Source: Nitrospirota bacterium
GTDB lineage: Bacteria; Nitrospirota; Nitrospiria; Nitrospirales; Nitrospiraceae
Reading direction: 5' to 3'
Assembly: GCA_030682135.1 (NCBI GenBank)
Contig: JAUXQT010000035.1
Span: forward strand, 1,022-65,021
Length of the DNA stretch: 64,000 bases
The translations under genes and the position numbers were made by a program. The notes under the pieces were generated by a model, which worked only from the letters and a program-made list of their open reading frames with translations, had not been told where the DNA came from and made no database searches. Numbering within the stretch: position 1 is the first letter of the stretch; each line of letters begins with the position of its first letter. Shown one piece after another: positions 1 to 10,737 of this stretch.

Positions 1-504
1 GTGGGCCGCCTGAGCCGGATCCGCCCGATGCACGTCGATCTCGAGGTCACGCCCCAGACTCGCCAACTGATCGCCAGCTGCCGGGCGACGAGGATCCGCC
101 GCGACCAGAAGAACCCGTTTCCCCTGAGCCTTAAAATACCGACCGAGCTTACCGCAGGTCGTGGTCTTTCCGGCGCCTTGAAGCCCGACCATCATCACGA
201 CAGTGGGGGGATGCGAGGCTAGAGCCACTCCGGCTCGCTCGCTGCCCATCATCTCTCGCAGTTCGTCCCACACGACCTTGACCACTTGATGCCCGGGGGT
301 CAAACTCTGGAGAACTTCCTGCCCAACAGCCTTTACCCGAACCCGCTCGATGAAGTCCTTGACGATCTTGAAGTTGACATCGGCTTCGAGCAGCGCGAGG
401 CGAACTTCCTTCAAGGCTTCCGCGATGTTCTGTTCGGTGAGGACCCCAGAACCGCGTAGTTTCTTAAAGATCTTTTCGAATTTTTCGCTGAGCGCGTCCA
501 GCAT
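1..504 (-). CDS. ffh: signal recognition particle protein Ffh, N-terminal ~168 codons (gene continues past the window start)
   Basis: Absent from the ORF track. My reverse translation from the ATG at complement 502-504 reads MLDALSEKFEKIFKKLRGSGVLTEQNIAEALKEVRLALLEADVNFKIVKDF, later VMMVGLQGAGKTTTCGKL (SRP54 N domain plus GTPase P-loop). Confidence 0.85.
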   Translation of the reverse strand, partial: MLDALSEKFEKIFKKLRGSGVLTEQNIAEALKEVRLALLEADVNFKIVKDFIERVRVKAVGQEVLQSLTPGHQVVKVVWDELREMMGSERAGVALASHPPTVVMMVGLQGAGKTTTCGKLGRYFKAQGKRVLLVAADPRRPAAGDQLASLGRDLEIDVHRADPAQAAH

Positions 505-639
505 AACGTCACAAAGAAAAAGGCAATCGAAGCCTTAACCCCAGATCTCCGATCACCTCGAAAATTCTAGCAAAAGAGCATCGGGGAGTCTAAATGACCT
601 GGCAGGATGAAGTCAAGGGAGAGGAAGGCGGAGATATTA

Positions 640-668
640 TTGACATGTTCTCGACCTTTCGTTATGGT
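640..668 (+). promoter_or_regulatory. candidate sigma-70 promoter for the 716-976 gene
   Basis: TTGACA (640-645), 17-nt spacer, TATGGT (663-668), about 48 nt upstream of the GTG start. Confidence 0.35.
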
Positions 669-715
669 CCTACCGTTATCTCCGTGAGACTACGCAGAGT
701 TATGAGGCCGTTGCC

Positions 716-976
716 GTGAGAAAGTCACCCTGGATTCTGCTCATTTTCGTGCTCATCGGTGGACTCCTGGGCGGAGTACTGGGAGAAATCCTCAGAGTCA
801 TGGCTCCACAGGGCACCATTCAGGCGATATTCGCCAGCAACTTCACCCCCGGCATCAATCCCCCGCTGACGATCGACCTGGTCCTCCTCAAGTTTACCCT
901 CGGCTTTATCTTGAAGATTAACCTCCTCAGTCTCCTCGGGATGTTTCTGGGGATTTACCTCTACAAAAACGTCTAG
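716..976 (+). CDS. small membrane protein, DUF4321-like
   Basis: 86 aa with two hydrophobic segments (ILLIFVLIGGLLGGVLG, NLLSLLGMFLGIYLY); size and pattern recall DUF4321. Confidence 0.5.
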   Translation: MRKSPWILLIFVLIGGLLGGVLGEILRVMAPQGTIQAIFASNFTPGINPPLTIDLVLLKFTLGFILKINLLSLLGMFLGIYLYKNV

Positions 977-987
977 CAACTCTGGTC

Positions 988-1111
988 GGCTGCTGAAAAA
1001 GCCCGCCAGCTTCGTTCTCACCTCGAAAGCATCCTCAACGTAGCCAGAGGCTACGCCTCCGTTGCTTTCATCGGCTGCGGCCTTGCTGAACGGTCTTTTT
1101 GAGCAGCCTGC
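988..1111. repeat. RepA palindromic element, copy 1 (inverted relative to copies 3-6)
   Basis: GCTGCTGAAAAAGCCCGCCAGC...GCTGAACGGTCTTTTTGAGCAGCC; its reverse complement aligns with 28496-28626 along its whole length. Confidence 0.8.
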
Positions 1112-1186
1112 GAAACCGCTCCCCTCTTTTCCCTGACGTACAGGCTATTGAACCGCTGCTTGCCGGAACAATCTTTCCGCCAACTG

Positions 1187-3190
1187 CTAGATCTCAGATT
1201 TCAACTCTAACTCTCTCAACTTCAACGCGCGAATCTTATTGCGGAGAGCGGCGGCCCGCTCGAACTCCAACTCCTTCGCGGCGACCTTCATGTCCACTTC
1301 CAGCCGTTTGATGGTCTGCGCAGTAGACTCCTCAATTCCATAGCTGGCCGGCGTTTCGGCCGCCAAATCGAGCTGGACATAATCCAGCTCGGACACCGCA
1401 TATTCGAGGGACAAGACATCCTTTTTGATACTCGTCGGCACAATGCCATGCTTGGCATTATAGGCAGCCTGAATCGTGCGCCGCCGCCCGGTCTCATCGA
1501 TCGCCATTTGCATAGAAGCTGTCACCACATCGCCGTATAAAATCACGTGGCCACGAAGGTTCCTCGCTGCCCGCCCAGCCGTCTGGATCAAGGCCCGATA
1601 GGATCGCAGATATCCCTCCTTGTCTGCATCGAGGATCGCCACCAATGTGACCTCAGGAAGATCCAACCCTTCGCGCAACAGATTGATTCCCACCAGCACG
1701 TCGAACGTGCCGCGCCGCAAGTCCTGTAAGATCTCAGCCCGCTCCAATGTCTTAATATCAGAGTGCAGATACCGGACCTTGATGCCGAGGTCGTGATAGT
1801 ACTCGCTCAAGTCCTCCGCCATGCGTTTGGTTAAGGTGGTGATCAGCACACGCCCTCCCTGGGCCGTTTCAGTCCGCACTTCACCGAGAAGATGATCGAC
1901 CTGTCCTTTGGCCGGGCGCACCTCGATAACCGGATCCATGAGACCGGTCGGGCGAATGATCTGCTCGACGATCTCCCCCGCTGCATGCCCTAATTCATAG
2001 GGGCCGGGGGTTGCGGAGACGCAAACCACCTGTCTGAAACAGCGCTCGAATTCGGCGAACTTGAGTGGGCGATTGTCAACCGCCGACGGCAGTCGAAATC
2101 CATATTCGACCAAGGTGCGTTTTCGTGAGTAGTCGCCTTCGTACATCCCACCGACTTGGGGAATCGTCGCATGGGACTCGTCCACGATCAGCAAAAAGTC
2201 TTTGGGGAAGTAGTCGATAAGGGTGGGGGGCTGCTCACCGGCCGCACGACCGCTTAGATGCCGCGAGTAGTTTTCAATGCCATGGCAATAACCCATCGCC
2301 CTGATCATCTCCAGGTCGAACTTCGTCCGCTGCGCAATCCGCTGGGCCTCCACGAGCTGATTCTGCTTTTTGAAATAGGCGACACGCTCGTCCAGCTCTT
2401 CTTCGATACCGGTAATCGCCCGCTCATACCGGTCCGGCGCAATGAGATAATGCGTATTCGGATAGATCGCGACCTTCGGCAGCTTCCCCAGCGACTTCCC
2501 CGTGAGGGGGTCGATTTCGTGAATGGCATCGACCACATCGCCGAATAACTCGATGCGGACGGACACCGCGTCATTTGAAGCAGGAAAAACCTCGATGACA
2601 TCGCCGCGAGCCCGGAAGGTGCCACGGTGAAAATCCGTATCGTTACGGGCATACTGAATCTCGACCAGTTTCGCCAGAATCTTCTCCCGCCTGACCTCCA
2701 TCCCTTCCTCGAGAAAGACCACCATCTCGTGATAGACCTCGGGCGACCCCAGTCCGTAAATACAGGAGACTGACGAGACGATCAGCACGTCGTTCCGTTG
2801 AAGCAGCGCGGACGTCGCAGCATGCCGCATCTGATCGATCGCGTCGTTGACCGATGCATCCTTCGCGATGTACGTGTTGCTTTGGGGAATGTAGGCTTCC
2901 GGCTGGTAGTAATCGTAATAGCTGACGAAATACTCCACCGCGTTGCGGGGGAAAAACTGCTTGAACTCTTGATAGAGCTGGCTGGCCAGCGTCTTATTAT
3001 GAACGAGGACTAAGGTGGGCTTCTGCACCTGCGCCACCACGTTGGCCATGGTGAAGGTCTTGCCAGACCCGGTGACACCGAGCAGCGTTTGATGCTTCCG
3101 GCCAGCCGTAATTCCGGCCACCAACTTGTCGATGGCCTGGCCTTGATCTCCGCAGGGATTGAATGGGGCTTCGAGTTGAAACGGCGGCAT
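1187..3190 (-). CDS. uvrB: excinuclease ABC subunit B
   Basis: GVTGSGKTF Walker A, DESH box, C-terminal UVR coiled coil ([18 protein letters not shown]). Start placed at [10 protein letters not shown] (ATG at complement 3188-3190) rather than the ORF-track start. Confidence 0.95.
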   Translation of the reverse strand: MPPFQLEAPFNPCGDQGQAIDKLVAGITAGRKHQTLLGVTGSGKTFTMANVVAQVQKPTLVLVHNKTLASQLYQEFKQFFPRNAVEYFVSYYDYYQPEAYIPQSNTYIAKDASVNDAIDQMRHAATSALLQRNDVLIVSSVSCIYGLGSPEVYHEMVVFLEEGMEVRREKILAKLVEIQYARNDTDFHRGTFRARGDVIEVFPASNDAVSVRIELFGDVVDAIHEIDPLTGKSLGKLPKVAIYPNTHYLIAPDRYERAITGIEEELDERVAYFKKQNQLVEAQRIAQRTKFDLEMIRAMGYCHGIENYSRHLSGRAAGEQPPTLIDYFPKDFLLIVDESHATIPQVGGMYEGDYSRKRTLVEYGFRLPSAVDNRPLKFAEFERCFRQVVCVSATPGPYELGHAAGEIVEQIIRPTGLMDPVIEVRPAKGQVDHLLGEVRTETAQGGRVLITTLTKRMAEDLSEYYHDLGIKVRYLHSDIKTLERAEILQDLRRGTFDVLVGINLLREGLDLPEVTLVAILDADKEGYLRSYRALIQTAGRAARNLRGHVILYGDVVTASMQMAIDETGRRRTIQAAYNAKHGIVPTSIKKDVLSLEYAVSELDYVQLDLAAETPASYGIEESTAQTIKRLEVDMKVAAKELEFERAAALRNKIRALKLRELELKSEI

Positions 3191-3304
3191 GGACGACCTT
3201 TCGGCCGTTATCTTACCATCGAAAACAGCGTGGCGCACAGGGCAGGCAGTGACGGAATGACGAGCCGCCACCGGCCCCTTGCGGGACCGGCGGCGGCGGA
3301 TGGC

Positions 3305-4648
3305 TTAGTATCGTGAATGTCTGGAAGGCCCACCGACTGAGGCTCCTGGCCGATGAGCCGAACCACGGTTCTCACCCTGGCGGGATCGTCGACCAGCTGG
3401 TTCCGCGCCTCGGCGGGGCCGCGCGCGAGGATCCTGATAGTCGCTGGTCGGCATCGGGGCCGGAGCCGGAAGCGGAGCAAACACAGGAAGCGCGAGTTTC
3501 TTCGTCTCGATCTTCAACTGTCTCACCATGCGAAGATACTCTCGCTCTTCGGACTGAGACAGAATCAGGTAGGTCGACCCTTCCTTCTCTGCGCGGCCGG
3601 TCCGCCCTGTTCGGTGGACATACGAATTCGGGTTGGTCGGCAATTCATAGTGAATGACTTGCATGACATCCTGAATATCGAGGCCTCTGGCTGCCACATC
3701 GGTCGCCACAAGCGAGCGGATGTTGCCGGCCCGAAAGGCGCCGAGCGTCCGTTCCCGCTGCGCTTGGCTATGATTGCCGGTCAACGAACCGACCGAAGCC
3801 GGTTCTCCGCCCAAATGGGCCGCTAAGCGTCGCACCTTATACTTTTGATCACAGAACACCATCGACCGCTCCCCACCCTTCATGGTCTGGAGCAAGGTAT
3901 GCACCAGCTGCGTACGCACCTGGTCTCCTGGCACGACATAGTAGGCATGCACGATCGTGGTCGGGGTATTGATCCCGGGGTCGACAGAGATGCGCGCGGG
4001 ATCGCGCTGCATGCTCTGAGCGAGCGTCTGAATATCCCCTGAAAATGTCGCGGAGAACAACAGGGTCTGGCGCTCAGCCGGAAGGAGACGAATGATCCGT
4101 TGGATATCGCGCAGGAATCCGCGGTCCAACATCTGATCGGCTTCATCCATCACGAGAAACGTCACGCCACCCAACTTCAAGTGACCGGATCCGGCCAAGT
4201 CGAGCAACCGGCCTGGCGTCCCAACCACCACCATCGGCGGTCGTTGCAATGCACGGTACTGACGCTCGATCGGCGTCCCGCCATACACCGACATGGAGGT
4301 CACGGACGCTGGAGCATACTTGCGTAATTCCATTTCAATCTGCAGCGCCAGCTCCCGCGTGGGCGCCAGCACGAGAAACTTCGGTCCTGAAGAATGGCTG
4401 GGACCGGCAGACTTGACATAGGGGCCTGGCGCAGGCACCGAGGCCTCCCGACGCATGACCTGTTCGATAATCGGTAATAGAAACGCGAGCGTTTTTCCGC
4501 TCCCAGTTTTGGCTTGCGCCATAATATCCCGACCTTCCAGCGCCACGGGAATGGCAGCCTGCTGCACCGGGGTCGGTGTCGAGAGGCCTGCCTGTAACAG
4601 GCGCTGGGCAAGGGAAGGCTGTAGATTCATATCAGCAAACGTAGACAT
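3305..4648 (-). CDS. DEAD-box ATP-dependent RNA helicase
   Basis: Q motif (TPTPVQ), AKTGSGKT, MDEAD, SAT, HRTGRTGR, basic C-terminal tail. AAGGAG RBS ahead of MSTFADMNL. Confidence 0.9.
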   Translation of the reverse strand: MSTFADMNLQPSLAQRLLQAGLSTPTPVQQAAIPVALEGRDIMAQAKTGSGKTLAFLLPIIEQVMRREASVPAPGPYVKSAGPSHSSGPKFLVLAPTRELALQIEMELRKYAPASVTSMSVYGGTPIERQYRALQRPPMVVVGTPGRLLDLAGSGHLKLGGVTFLVMDEADQMLDRGFLRDIQRIIRLLPAERQTLLFSATFSGDIQTLAQSMQRDPARISVDPGINTPTTIVHAYYVVPGDQVRTQLVHTLLQTMKGGERSMVFCDQKYKVRRLAAHLGGEPASVGSLTGNHSQAQRERTLGAFRAGNIRSLVATDVAARGLDIQDVMQVIHYELPTNPNSYVHRTGRTGRAEKEGSTYLILSQSEEREYLRMVRQLKIETKKLALPVFAPLPAPAPMPTSDYQDPRARPRRGAEPAGRRSRQGENRGSAHRPGASVGGPSRHSRY

Positions 4649-4798
4649 AGAACTCCTTGTACGGGGCAAACTTCCAGGGACTGCACGGTCCGGCCTGATC
4701 AGAGGGCCGAGAAACGCATCGAGATGATGGGCAATTCAAGGAAGGAAAAGCGGGGCTGCCTGATAGGCAGCCCCGACGTGTCAAACACTCGTAACGGA

Positions 4799-5095
4799 TT
4801 AGTACCGGTCGCCGCCTCGGCCACCGCCACCACCACCGGTGCGCGGCTCCTGGGGACGCGCTTCGTTGACGGTCAACGTGCGACCACCCAACTCCGTGCC
4901 GTTCAATGCGGCCACTGCCGCCTGCGCTTCCGAATCCGAGGACATTTCCACGAATCCGAACCCGCGGGACTGGCCGGTGAACTTATCTGTGATGATTCTG
5001 GATGAAGCGACCGCTCCATGAACAGCGAACAAATCGCTCAGCTGTTGTTCAGTTGTAGAATACGGCAAACCACCGACGTAAATCTTAGAACCCAT
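4799..5095 (-). CDS. RRM-type glycine-rich RNA-binding protein
   Basis: RNP2 KIYVGGL, RNP1 RGFGFVEM, GGGGGGRGG tail. Confidence 0.9.
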   Translation of the reverse strand: MGSKIYVGGLPYSTTEQQLSDLFAVHGAVASSRIITDKFTGQSRGFGFVEMSSDSEAQAAVAALNGTELGGRTLTVNEARPQEPRTGGGGGGRGGDRY

Positions 5096-5143
5096 TGGGC
5101 TCCTCCTTTGAGAATATGTGTTGTCTTGGACTTGAGATCAAAG

Positions 5144-5232
5144 TGAGGAAGGAATGGGCCGAAGACGCAAACACCATGGCGACTCAAGGCTGGCTTCCGA
5201 TCAAATTCCTACACAAAACCAAAACAACATCT
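5144..5232 (-). promoter_or_regulatory. conserved 5' leader block shared with the second RRM gene
   Basis: GGGCCGAAGACGCAAACACCATGGCGACTCAAGGCTGGCTTCCGATCAAATTC matches 46729-46781 at 43 of 53 positions (manual alignment), while the flanking leader is dissimilar. Confidence 0.5.
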
Positions 5233-5361
5233 GTCTAAGGCCTTGTCACTCTCTGCGGTATCACCACCAGGCCTTGCGCGATGACACACAGGAGGTACTC
5301 TACTCCTCAACCCCCTCAATTGCAAGTGATGCCGCGAGCCTGCGCAATGCCATGCGCCGAT

Positions 5362-6141
5362 CTAATAGGCCGCTGGGGAAGACAGCGGCCGCTGAGAAAA
5401 CAGCGGGATGGCGTGCAAGCTGTCAAAATCTAACGCGCTTTGTCCACGAACCAAAAGCCCGACTTGACCGATCGCCAGCGATTGATCCTCAACCGTTACG
5501 GCCAGCTGCCCGTCAAAAAACGCTTCGATAAAATCCTTGCTGATGATGGTATTCCGCTGGATTCTCAGCGAATGCCAGGGAATCGCTTTGGGCGTAATTG
5601 CCGATCGCCCGAGCCTCGTCTCCTGCCCATCGATGATCCGACTGACGTCTAGCGTCTTCGCCGCAAGATTCACCACCACCGCATAGAAATGCGTGGCGTC
5701 CGTGACTCCAAATGCGATTCCGCCTACTCCCGTCACCGCGTCGAGCGGAAATCGCAACCTGACCGACACATCCGGATATTCGTACTGAAACCCGTTGGCG
5801 ACGATGAGTCGATAACAACTCACAGCCTGACAGGATGAGCTTACGGCGAGGACGTTGGAGGTTGACGGGGCGTCGGGATCTGATTTAATCGTCCAGTCCG
5901 CAACCGGCCCCTCGCCAAACCCCAGCATCGCAAATCCGAGAGGCGCCTCGCCCGGCTTTTGCTGATCGAACGTCCATCGATTAAACAAGCCCTCTCTGGC
6001 CTGAGCTTTCAGGTTGGCTTCTTTTTCCGACTGGCTCTCTGCCTGAATGGCATGGGACCGCTCGACAGAGACACCCCACTCGCCAGCCATCACAGCCACG
6101 GCAAGGAATACCGCCACGATACAGACAGGTTTATGCGTCAT
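5362..6141 (-). CDS. exported hypothetical protein (possible lectin/glucanase-like beta-sandwich)
   Basis: N-terminal signal-like segment PVCIVAVFLAVAVMAG. No motif I can name with certainty. Start chosen at MTHKP. Confidence 0.55.
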   Translation of the reverse strand: MTHKPVCIVAVFLAVAVMAGEWGVSVERSHAIQAESQSEKEANLKAQAREGLFNRWTFDQQKPGEAPLGFAMLGFGEGPVADWTIKSDPDAPSTSNVLAVSSSCQAVSCYRLIVANGFQYEYPDVSVRLRFPLDAVTGVGGIAFGVTDATHFYAVVVNLAAKTLDVSRIIDGQETRLGRSAITPKAIPWHSLRIQRNTIISKDFIEAFFDGQLAVTVEDQSLAIGQVGLLVRGQSALDFDSLHAIPLFSQRPLSSPAAY

Positions 6142-6184
6142 TGCACTCCCATGTTCACGCACCTCGATCCTCTCCATCTGCCTC

Positions 6185-6436
6185 CTACTTCGGCGACCGT
6201 TTCTTAATATCGAGAATATCCTGCTGAAACCGGTCGCGCGCCGCCGAGATGGCTTTTCTTCGTTGCCAGCGGTCCCAGGTCCACCAGCGAAGACGATCGC
6301 GAAACTTCACGACCGGCGGTTGCGCGCTTCCACCAGGCGCATGCTGAAACTCGTAGCCCTTATGCGACTCGCGATTGTCGAAAAAACGACGATAGAGATG
6401 ATCGTAGAGCCCTTTCCCCGAATCGCCTACACTCAC
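6185..6436 (-). CDS. small basic hypothetical protein
   Basis: 83-aa ORF lying 10 nt downstream of the 6447-8504 gene on the same strand; no recognisable motif. Confidence 0.3.
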   Translation of the reverse strand: MSVGDSGKGLYDHLYRRFFDNRESHKGYEFQHAPGGSAQPPVVKFRDRLRWWTWDRWQRRKAISAARDRFQQDILDIKKRSPK

Positions 6437-6446
6437 GGTGCCCTCC

Positions 6447-8504
6447 CTACAATAACAGGTCCAATTGCTGGCTCTCCGTCACCGGAGGCGAGCAGGTCTG
6501 CCGCTGACAGACATACGCAGTCGGCTGCCCGTTTACACTCGTCTTCCCCGCGGCCAGCGGCAAGTCAGAGTCTCCAGCACGAGCAGCTTCGACCACGAGC
6601 ACCGCACGATTCGGCAGATAGCGTCGATGGACCGTCGAGAGCAACGACTCCGTCATCGCCTCGCCGCGTGTGCCGACCACAACAATTTCTTGCGGTGTCG
6701 TCAGGTACCAGTCCAACGAACAGAGCAGAGCCGATGCGCCATAGGCGTTATGCTCCATGACGCTCCGGAACACCTGGAACTGGCGTTCAGCCAGATCATG
6801 ATACCGCTGCTCTCTTGTGAAAGAGAAGAGCCGCAACAAGACCGAGGCGACAATGGCATTACCCGAAGGGATCGCGCTATCGGTCCCGGATTTCATGCGA
6901 TGGAGCAGGACTTCGTGATCGCGGCTCGTATAAAAACACCCACCAGCAACCTCATCCCAATATCGTTCCAAGAAGCTGTCTGTCACGTCGCGGGCCTGAT
7001 CCAGATACCACCGGTGCGACGTCGCTTCAAATGCATCCAACAAGGCGGCAGCCAGACAGGCCGCGTCGTCTAAATAGCCGTTCAGGCGACCCTTTCCTGC
7101 CGTGACCGTCCGATAGACTCGCCCGCTTTCAACCGCATAGTCGAGCAGGAAGGTGAGCGCCCGCTCTGCTGCCGCCAGATAGGACGGAATCCCGAACGCA
7201 TGATAGGCATCGAGATAGGCGGACACCATCATCGCATTCCAACTTGTAAGAATGTTGTCGTCCCGCTGCGGCTTCACGCGTTGCTCCCGTACAGCGAGCA
7301 ACTTCACCCTGGCAGACCGCAACAACACCTCCAACTCCTCCTGAGCCTCGGAGGTGAGCGGAACGTCACCGAGCCGATTTAACACGTTCTTGCCTTCGAA
7401 ATTTCCGCTCTCTGTCACGCCATAATGCCGGCAGAACTGCTCAGCCAAGTCAGCGCCCAGCACCGAAGCAATCTCTCCAGGCTCCCAGACGAAATAGATT
7501 CCTTCACGCCCCTCGCTGTCGGCATCCTGCGCGGCAAAGAACGCACCGTCCGGATGCGTCAGTTCACGACGCACGTACTCCAGCGTCTCTTCCACGACTT
7601 CACGAAACCGAGGCTCTTTGGTCAGACGCCATCCATCGAGATAGATCCGCACCAACTGAGCGTTATCGTAGAGCATCTTTTCGAAGTGAGGAATCAGCCA
7701 TTGGCCATCCACGGAGTAGCGATGGAACCCGCCACCAAGATGATCGTAGATTCCTCCGGCTGCCATCGTTCTCAGCTGTAAGAGCACGTGCTCTTGATGC
7801 AAAGGGTCTTTCGTACGGGCCGTCTGACGCAGCAATAAGTTGAGCGGGGGGACCGTTGGAAATTTCTGGCCCTCCCCGAATCCGCCATGGACCGGATCGA
7901 AGAACTGCCCTAAGCTCTTCGCCGCTTCATCGAGCAATCGATCCGTCAAGGGATCGCCCGACGGCTTCGGCGTCCCCACCCGCAGCAACCCGGCCTTCAC
8001 CTTCTCCACATTCTTGCGGACATCGTCGCGATGATTCCGGTAGGCCTCGACGACCCCGTTCATGACTTCGGGAAATCCCGGCAAGTTGTAGCGGGGCGCC
8101 GGCGGAAAATACGTACCCCCGTAAAACGGTTCTTGATCGGGGGTGAGAAACATCGTCAACGGCCACCCACCACCCCGCCCCAAAAACACTTGCGCGGACT
8201 TTTGATAGATATCGTCCACATCCGGGCGCTCTTCGCGATCAACCTTCACGTTGATAAAGTGCCGATTCATGAGCTCGGCAATCTGGATATTGTCGAAGCA
8301 TTCATGGGCCATGACATGACACCAGTGGCAGGCCGAATACCCAATCGACAACAAAATCGGCTTGTCCTCTGCCTTCGCCCGCGCCAAGGCTTCCTCGCCC
8401 CAGGGATACCAATCCACCGGATTCGTCGCATGCTGCCGCAGATAGGGGCTGGATTCGGCAATCAGCCGATTGGGGGCACGGTCTGCTCTCGCTAAGTCTG
8501 TCAT
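6447..8504 (-). CDS. thioredoxin-domain protein, YyaL/DUF255 (SSP411-like)
   Basis: N-terminal [28 protein letters not shown]...[13 protein letters not shown] followed by a long alpha/alpha-toroid-like region. Confidence 0.85.
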   Translation of the reverse strand: MTDLARADRAPNRLIAESSPYLRQHATNPVDWYPWGEEALARAKAEDKPILLSIGYSACHWCHVMAHECFDNIQIAELMNRHFINVKVDREERPDVDDIYQKSAQVFLGRGGGWPLTMFLTPDQEPFYGGTYFPPAPRYNLPGFPEVMNGVVEAYRNHRDDVRKNVEKVKAGLLRVGTPKPSGDPLTDRLLDEAAKSLGQFFDPVHGGFGEGQKFPTVPPLNLLLRQTARTKDPLHQEHVLLQLRTMAAGGIYDHLGGGFHRYSVDGQWLIPHFEKMLYDNAQLVRIYLDGWRLTKEPRFREVVEETLEYVRRELTHPDGAFFAAQDADSEGREGIYFVWEPGEIASVLGADLAEQFCRHYGVTESGNFEGKNVLNRLGDVPLTSEAQEELEVLLRSARVKLLAVREQRVKPQRDDNILTSWNAMMVSAYLDAYHAFGIPSYLAAAERALTFLLDYAVESGRVYRTVTAGKGRLNGYLDDAACLAAALLDAFEATSHRWYLDQARDVTDSFLERYWDEVAGGCFYTSRDHEVLLHRMKSGTDSAIPSGNAIVASVLLRLFSFTREQRYHDLAERQFQVFRSVMEHNAYGASALLCSLDWYLTTPQEIVVVGTRGEAMTESLLSTVHRRYLPNRAVLVVEAARAGDSDLPLAAGKTSVNGQPTAYVCQRQTCSPPVTESQQLDLLL

Positions 8505-8611
8505 CGATTGTCTATCCTCGTGGACAGGCATAGTACATGGCCGCAAAGCCGCTCTGCAACGGACCTGTCAGGCTATGGTATAGTCCTGCGGCACCTCGAA
8601 AGGCTCACCCT

Positions 8612-10168
8612 ATGAACGGCTCAACGTATCGCGGTTCTCGCTCCTGCATTGTCGTCACAGGTCTGGGAATCCTCCTCGTTCTGCTCTCTGTCGGTACACC
8701 CTGCTTCGCACAATCCGTGGAACATCATCCTGCATGGCTGCGCGCGCTCAACAGCCTCTCTCGTGAACGGATGCTGGCCGACATCACCATGCTCAGCAGT
8801 CCTTCATTCAACGGCCGTCAAACGGGCACGGCGAACGACGCCAGCTCGGCGGCATGGATCACGAAAAGGTTTCAGGAGTCAGGCCTCTCACCCGCGAACG
8901 CCGGCCTCGGTCCATTCATCCCTAGCGGGCCGGACCTTGGAGTCCTCAGCGGATTGATGACCGCAGTGGTCACAGCGTCGACCATTGCATCGGACCCCTT
9001 CCTCCGTATTTCATCGGGCAGTGACTCGCTCATCCAGCAACTCGGAACAGACTACCTCCCCATCCTCGATTCACCCTCCGCCGAAGTGCGCGGGCCGATC
9101 GTGTTTGTGGGTTATGGAATCGTGGACGCAACGCAAGGCATCGATGACTACGCCGGAGTCGATACGGCCAACGCCATAGTCCTCTTCCTCCGCGGCACGC
9201 CGACCCATTACAAGGGAACCGTCAGCCATGCAGACAAGGTGCGATTCGCACGACAGAAAGGCGCAATCGGCTATCTCACGGCCACTGGACCGATGCTCAG
9301 CTCCTATGAGTCGCGCCGCGGCGTCACGGGAAAGCCCGGAGCCTTTTATGGCCTCTCTCCTCGATCGGACACCATCCCGGGGGCCTGGATCAATACCGGT
9401 CTCGCCTTGCAGATCCTCACCGCTCCCGATCAGGCAGAACCAAATCGGCTGCAGGCCTTGCAAGAACAGTTGAATCGCTCCCCTGCCGTACAATCGATCA
9501 ACACCGGCCGCTACGCCTCTCTCGATTGGCAGACGCGCCTGGAAGAAGGCGTCCTCATGAACGTGCTCGCCCTCTTGCCCGGGAGCGATCCGCAAAAGAC
9601 AGATGAGGTCCTCGTGGTCGGTGCGCATCGTGACCATTTCGGACGGCAGTCAGGCTTGCTCTTTCCCGGCGCCGACGATAATGCCTCCGGCACGGCCGTG
9701 ATGTTGGAAGTCGCCCGCGCCATGGCCAACTCAGAAGTACGAAGCAAGCGGACGGTCTTGTTCGTCTCGTTTAGCGGAGAAGAACAGGGGCTCATCGGCT
9801 CTCGGCTCTTTCTCCAGCGGTCGGTCGTACCCATCGGCTCGACTAGAGCCATGATCAACATCGACCATGCGGGAATTGGAAACGGAAGGCTGACGGTCGG
9901 CGTAACAGGATTGGACAAGAGCCTCGCTGTAGAGGCGGGACAGACGGCAGGGCTGACCGACAAACTGGACCTCTATGGATTCTTCCCCGGCGGCGATCAC
10001 GTGCCGTTCAAAGAGGCGGGAGTCCCAACCATCACGGTCGTGAGCGGCGGAGTTCACCCACACTTCCATCAGCCCACCGACAGCGCCGACACAATCAATC
10101 AGGAAATTCTGCATAACGTGGCTCGCTATGTCCTCGCCCTCACCTGGCAACTGGCAAATACTGAATAG
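8612..10168 (+). CDS. M28 family metallopeptidase with signal peptide
   Basis: Signal peptide LGILLVLLSVGTPCFAQS. VVGAHRDH, GADDNASG, FSGEEQGL and final HPHFHQPTD match M28 zinc-ligand motifs. Confidence 0.8.
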   Translation: MNGSTYRGSRSCIVVTGLGILLVLLSVGTPCFAQSVEHHPAWLRALNSLSRERMLADITMLSSPSFNGRQTGTANDASSAAWITKRFQESGLSPANAGLGPFIPSGPDLGVLSGLMTAVVTASTIASDPFLRISSGSDSLIQQLGTDYLPILDSPSAEVRGPIVFVGYGIVDATQGIDDYAGVDTANAIVLFLRGTPTHYKGTVSHADKVRFARQKGAIGYLTATGPMLSSYESRRGVTGKPGAFYGLSPRSDTIPGAWINTGLALQILTAPDQAEPNRLQALQEQLNRSPAVQSINTGRYASLDWQTRLEEGVLMNVLALLPGSDPQKTDEVLVVGAHRDHFGRQSGLLFPGADDNASGTAVMLEVARAMANSEVRSKRTVLFVSFSGEEQGLIGSRLFLQRSVVPIGSTRAMINIDHAGIGNGRLTVGVTGLDKSLAVEAGQTAGLTDKLDLYGFFPGGDHVPFKEAGVPTITVVSGGVHPHFHQPTDSADTINQEILHNVARYVLALTWQLANTE

Positions 10169-10234
10169 AACAGGCACGAGGCTTGGGGTGAGAGGTTCCC
10201 CCCTCGCCTCTAGCCTCTCTCCCCGCACCTGAGA

Positions 10235-10633
10235 TTATGGGATATCGTCGAGAATAGTGGACTGAATCGATGGCAGTGGCGCGGTTTGGCGGGGAGGACC
10301 AGGGAGGACGAGCGCGCCCCCGCTTTGGTTCCCGCCTTGGATGAGCCCGATCGAGAGTTGCGGCCCGAGCGTGCTCACAGCCCCGCTCCAGGCCTGACCG
10401 GTCGTGGGGTTCCGAAAGCTGAAGGTTTGAAAATTATTCCCGGGATTGTAGAGAAATCCCTGTGTGCCTTGATTGTCGAGATAGAGATTACCCGGGCCGG
10501 TCAGATTGAACAGAGGCGCGACCCCCCCGTCGAATGAGCGGACACTGGAAACGGATTGAGCCCAGAGGGACGCATCCAGCGACGGGAGCGAGAACAGTGA
10601 GAGGACCAGCGCAGCAATCGCCAGAAGGCGCAT
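10235..10633 (-). CDS. secreted hypothetical protein
   Basis: MRLLAIAALVLSLFSLPSLDASLWA signal peptide; Gly/Asn/Gln-rich mature part. Confidence 0.5.
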   Translation of the reverse strand: MRLLAIAALVLSLFSLPSLDASLWAQSVSSVRSFDGGVAPLFNLTGPGNLYLDNQGTQGFLYNPGNNFQTFSFRNPTTGQAWSGAVSTLGPQLSIGLIQGGNQSGGALVLPGPPRQTAPLPSIQSTILDDIP

Positions 10634-10737
10634 CTTACTCCGGTGGCCCTGACCGTTGATTACACTTAGTCCATGACAGGCTTGCATAGATTCATTATAG
10701 TATGGGCCAATATTCTTTGTCGATCAAAGGGGGCGTT

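Noticed and set aside
1-222. 73-aa plus-strand ORF at the window start
   Set aside because: It is antisense to the clearly recognisable ffh GTPase domain.
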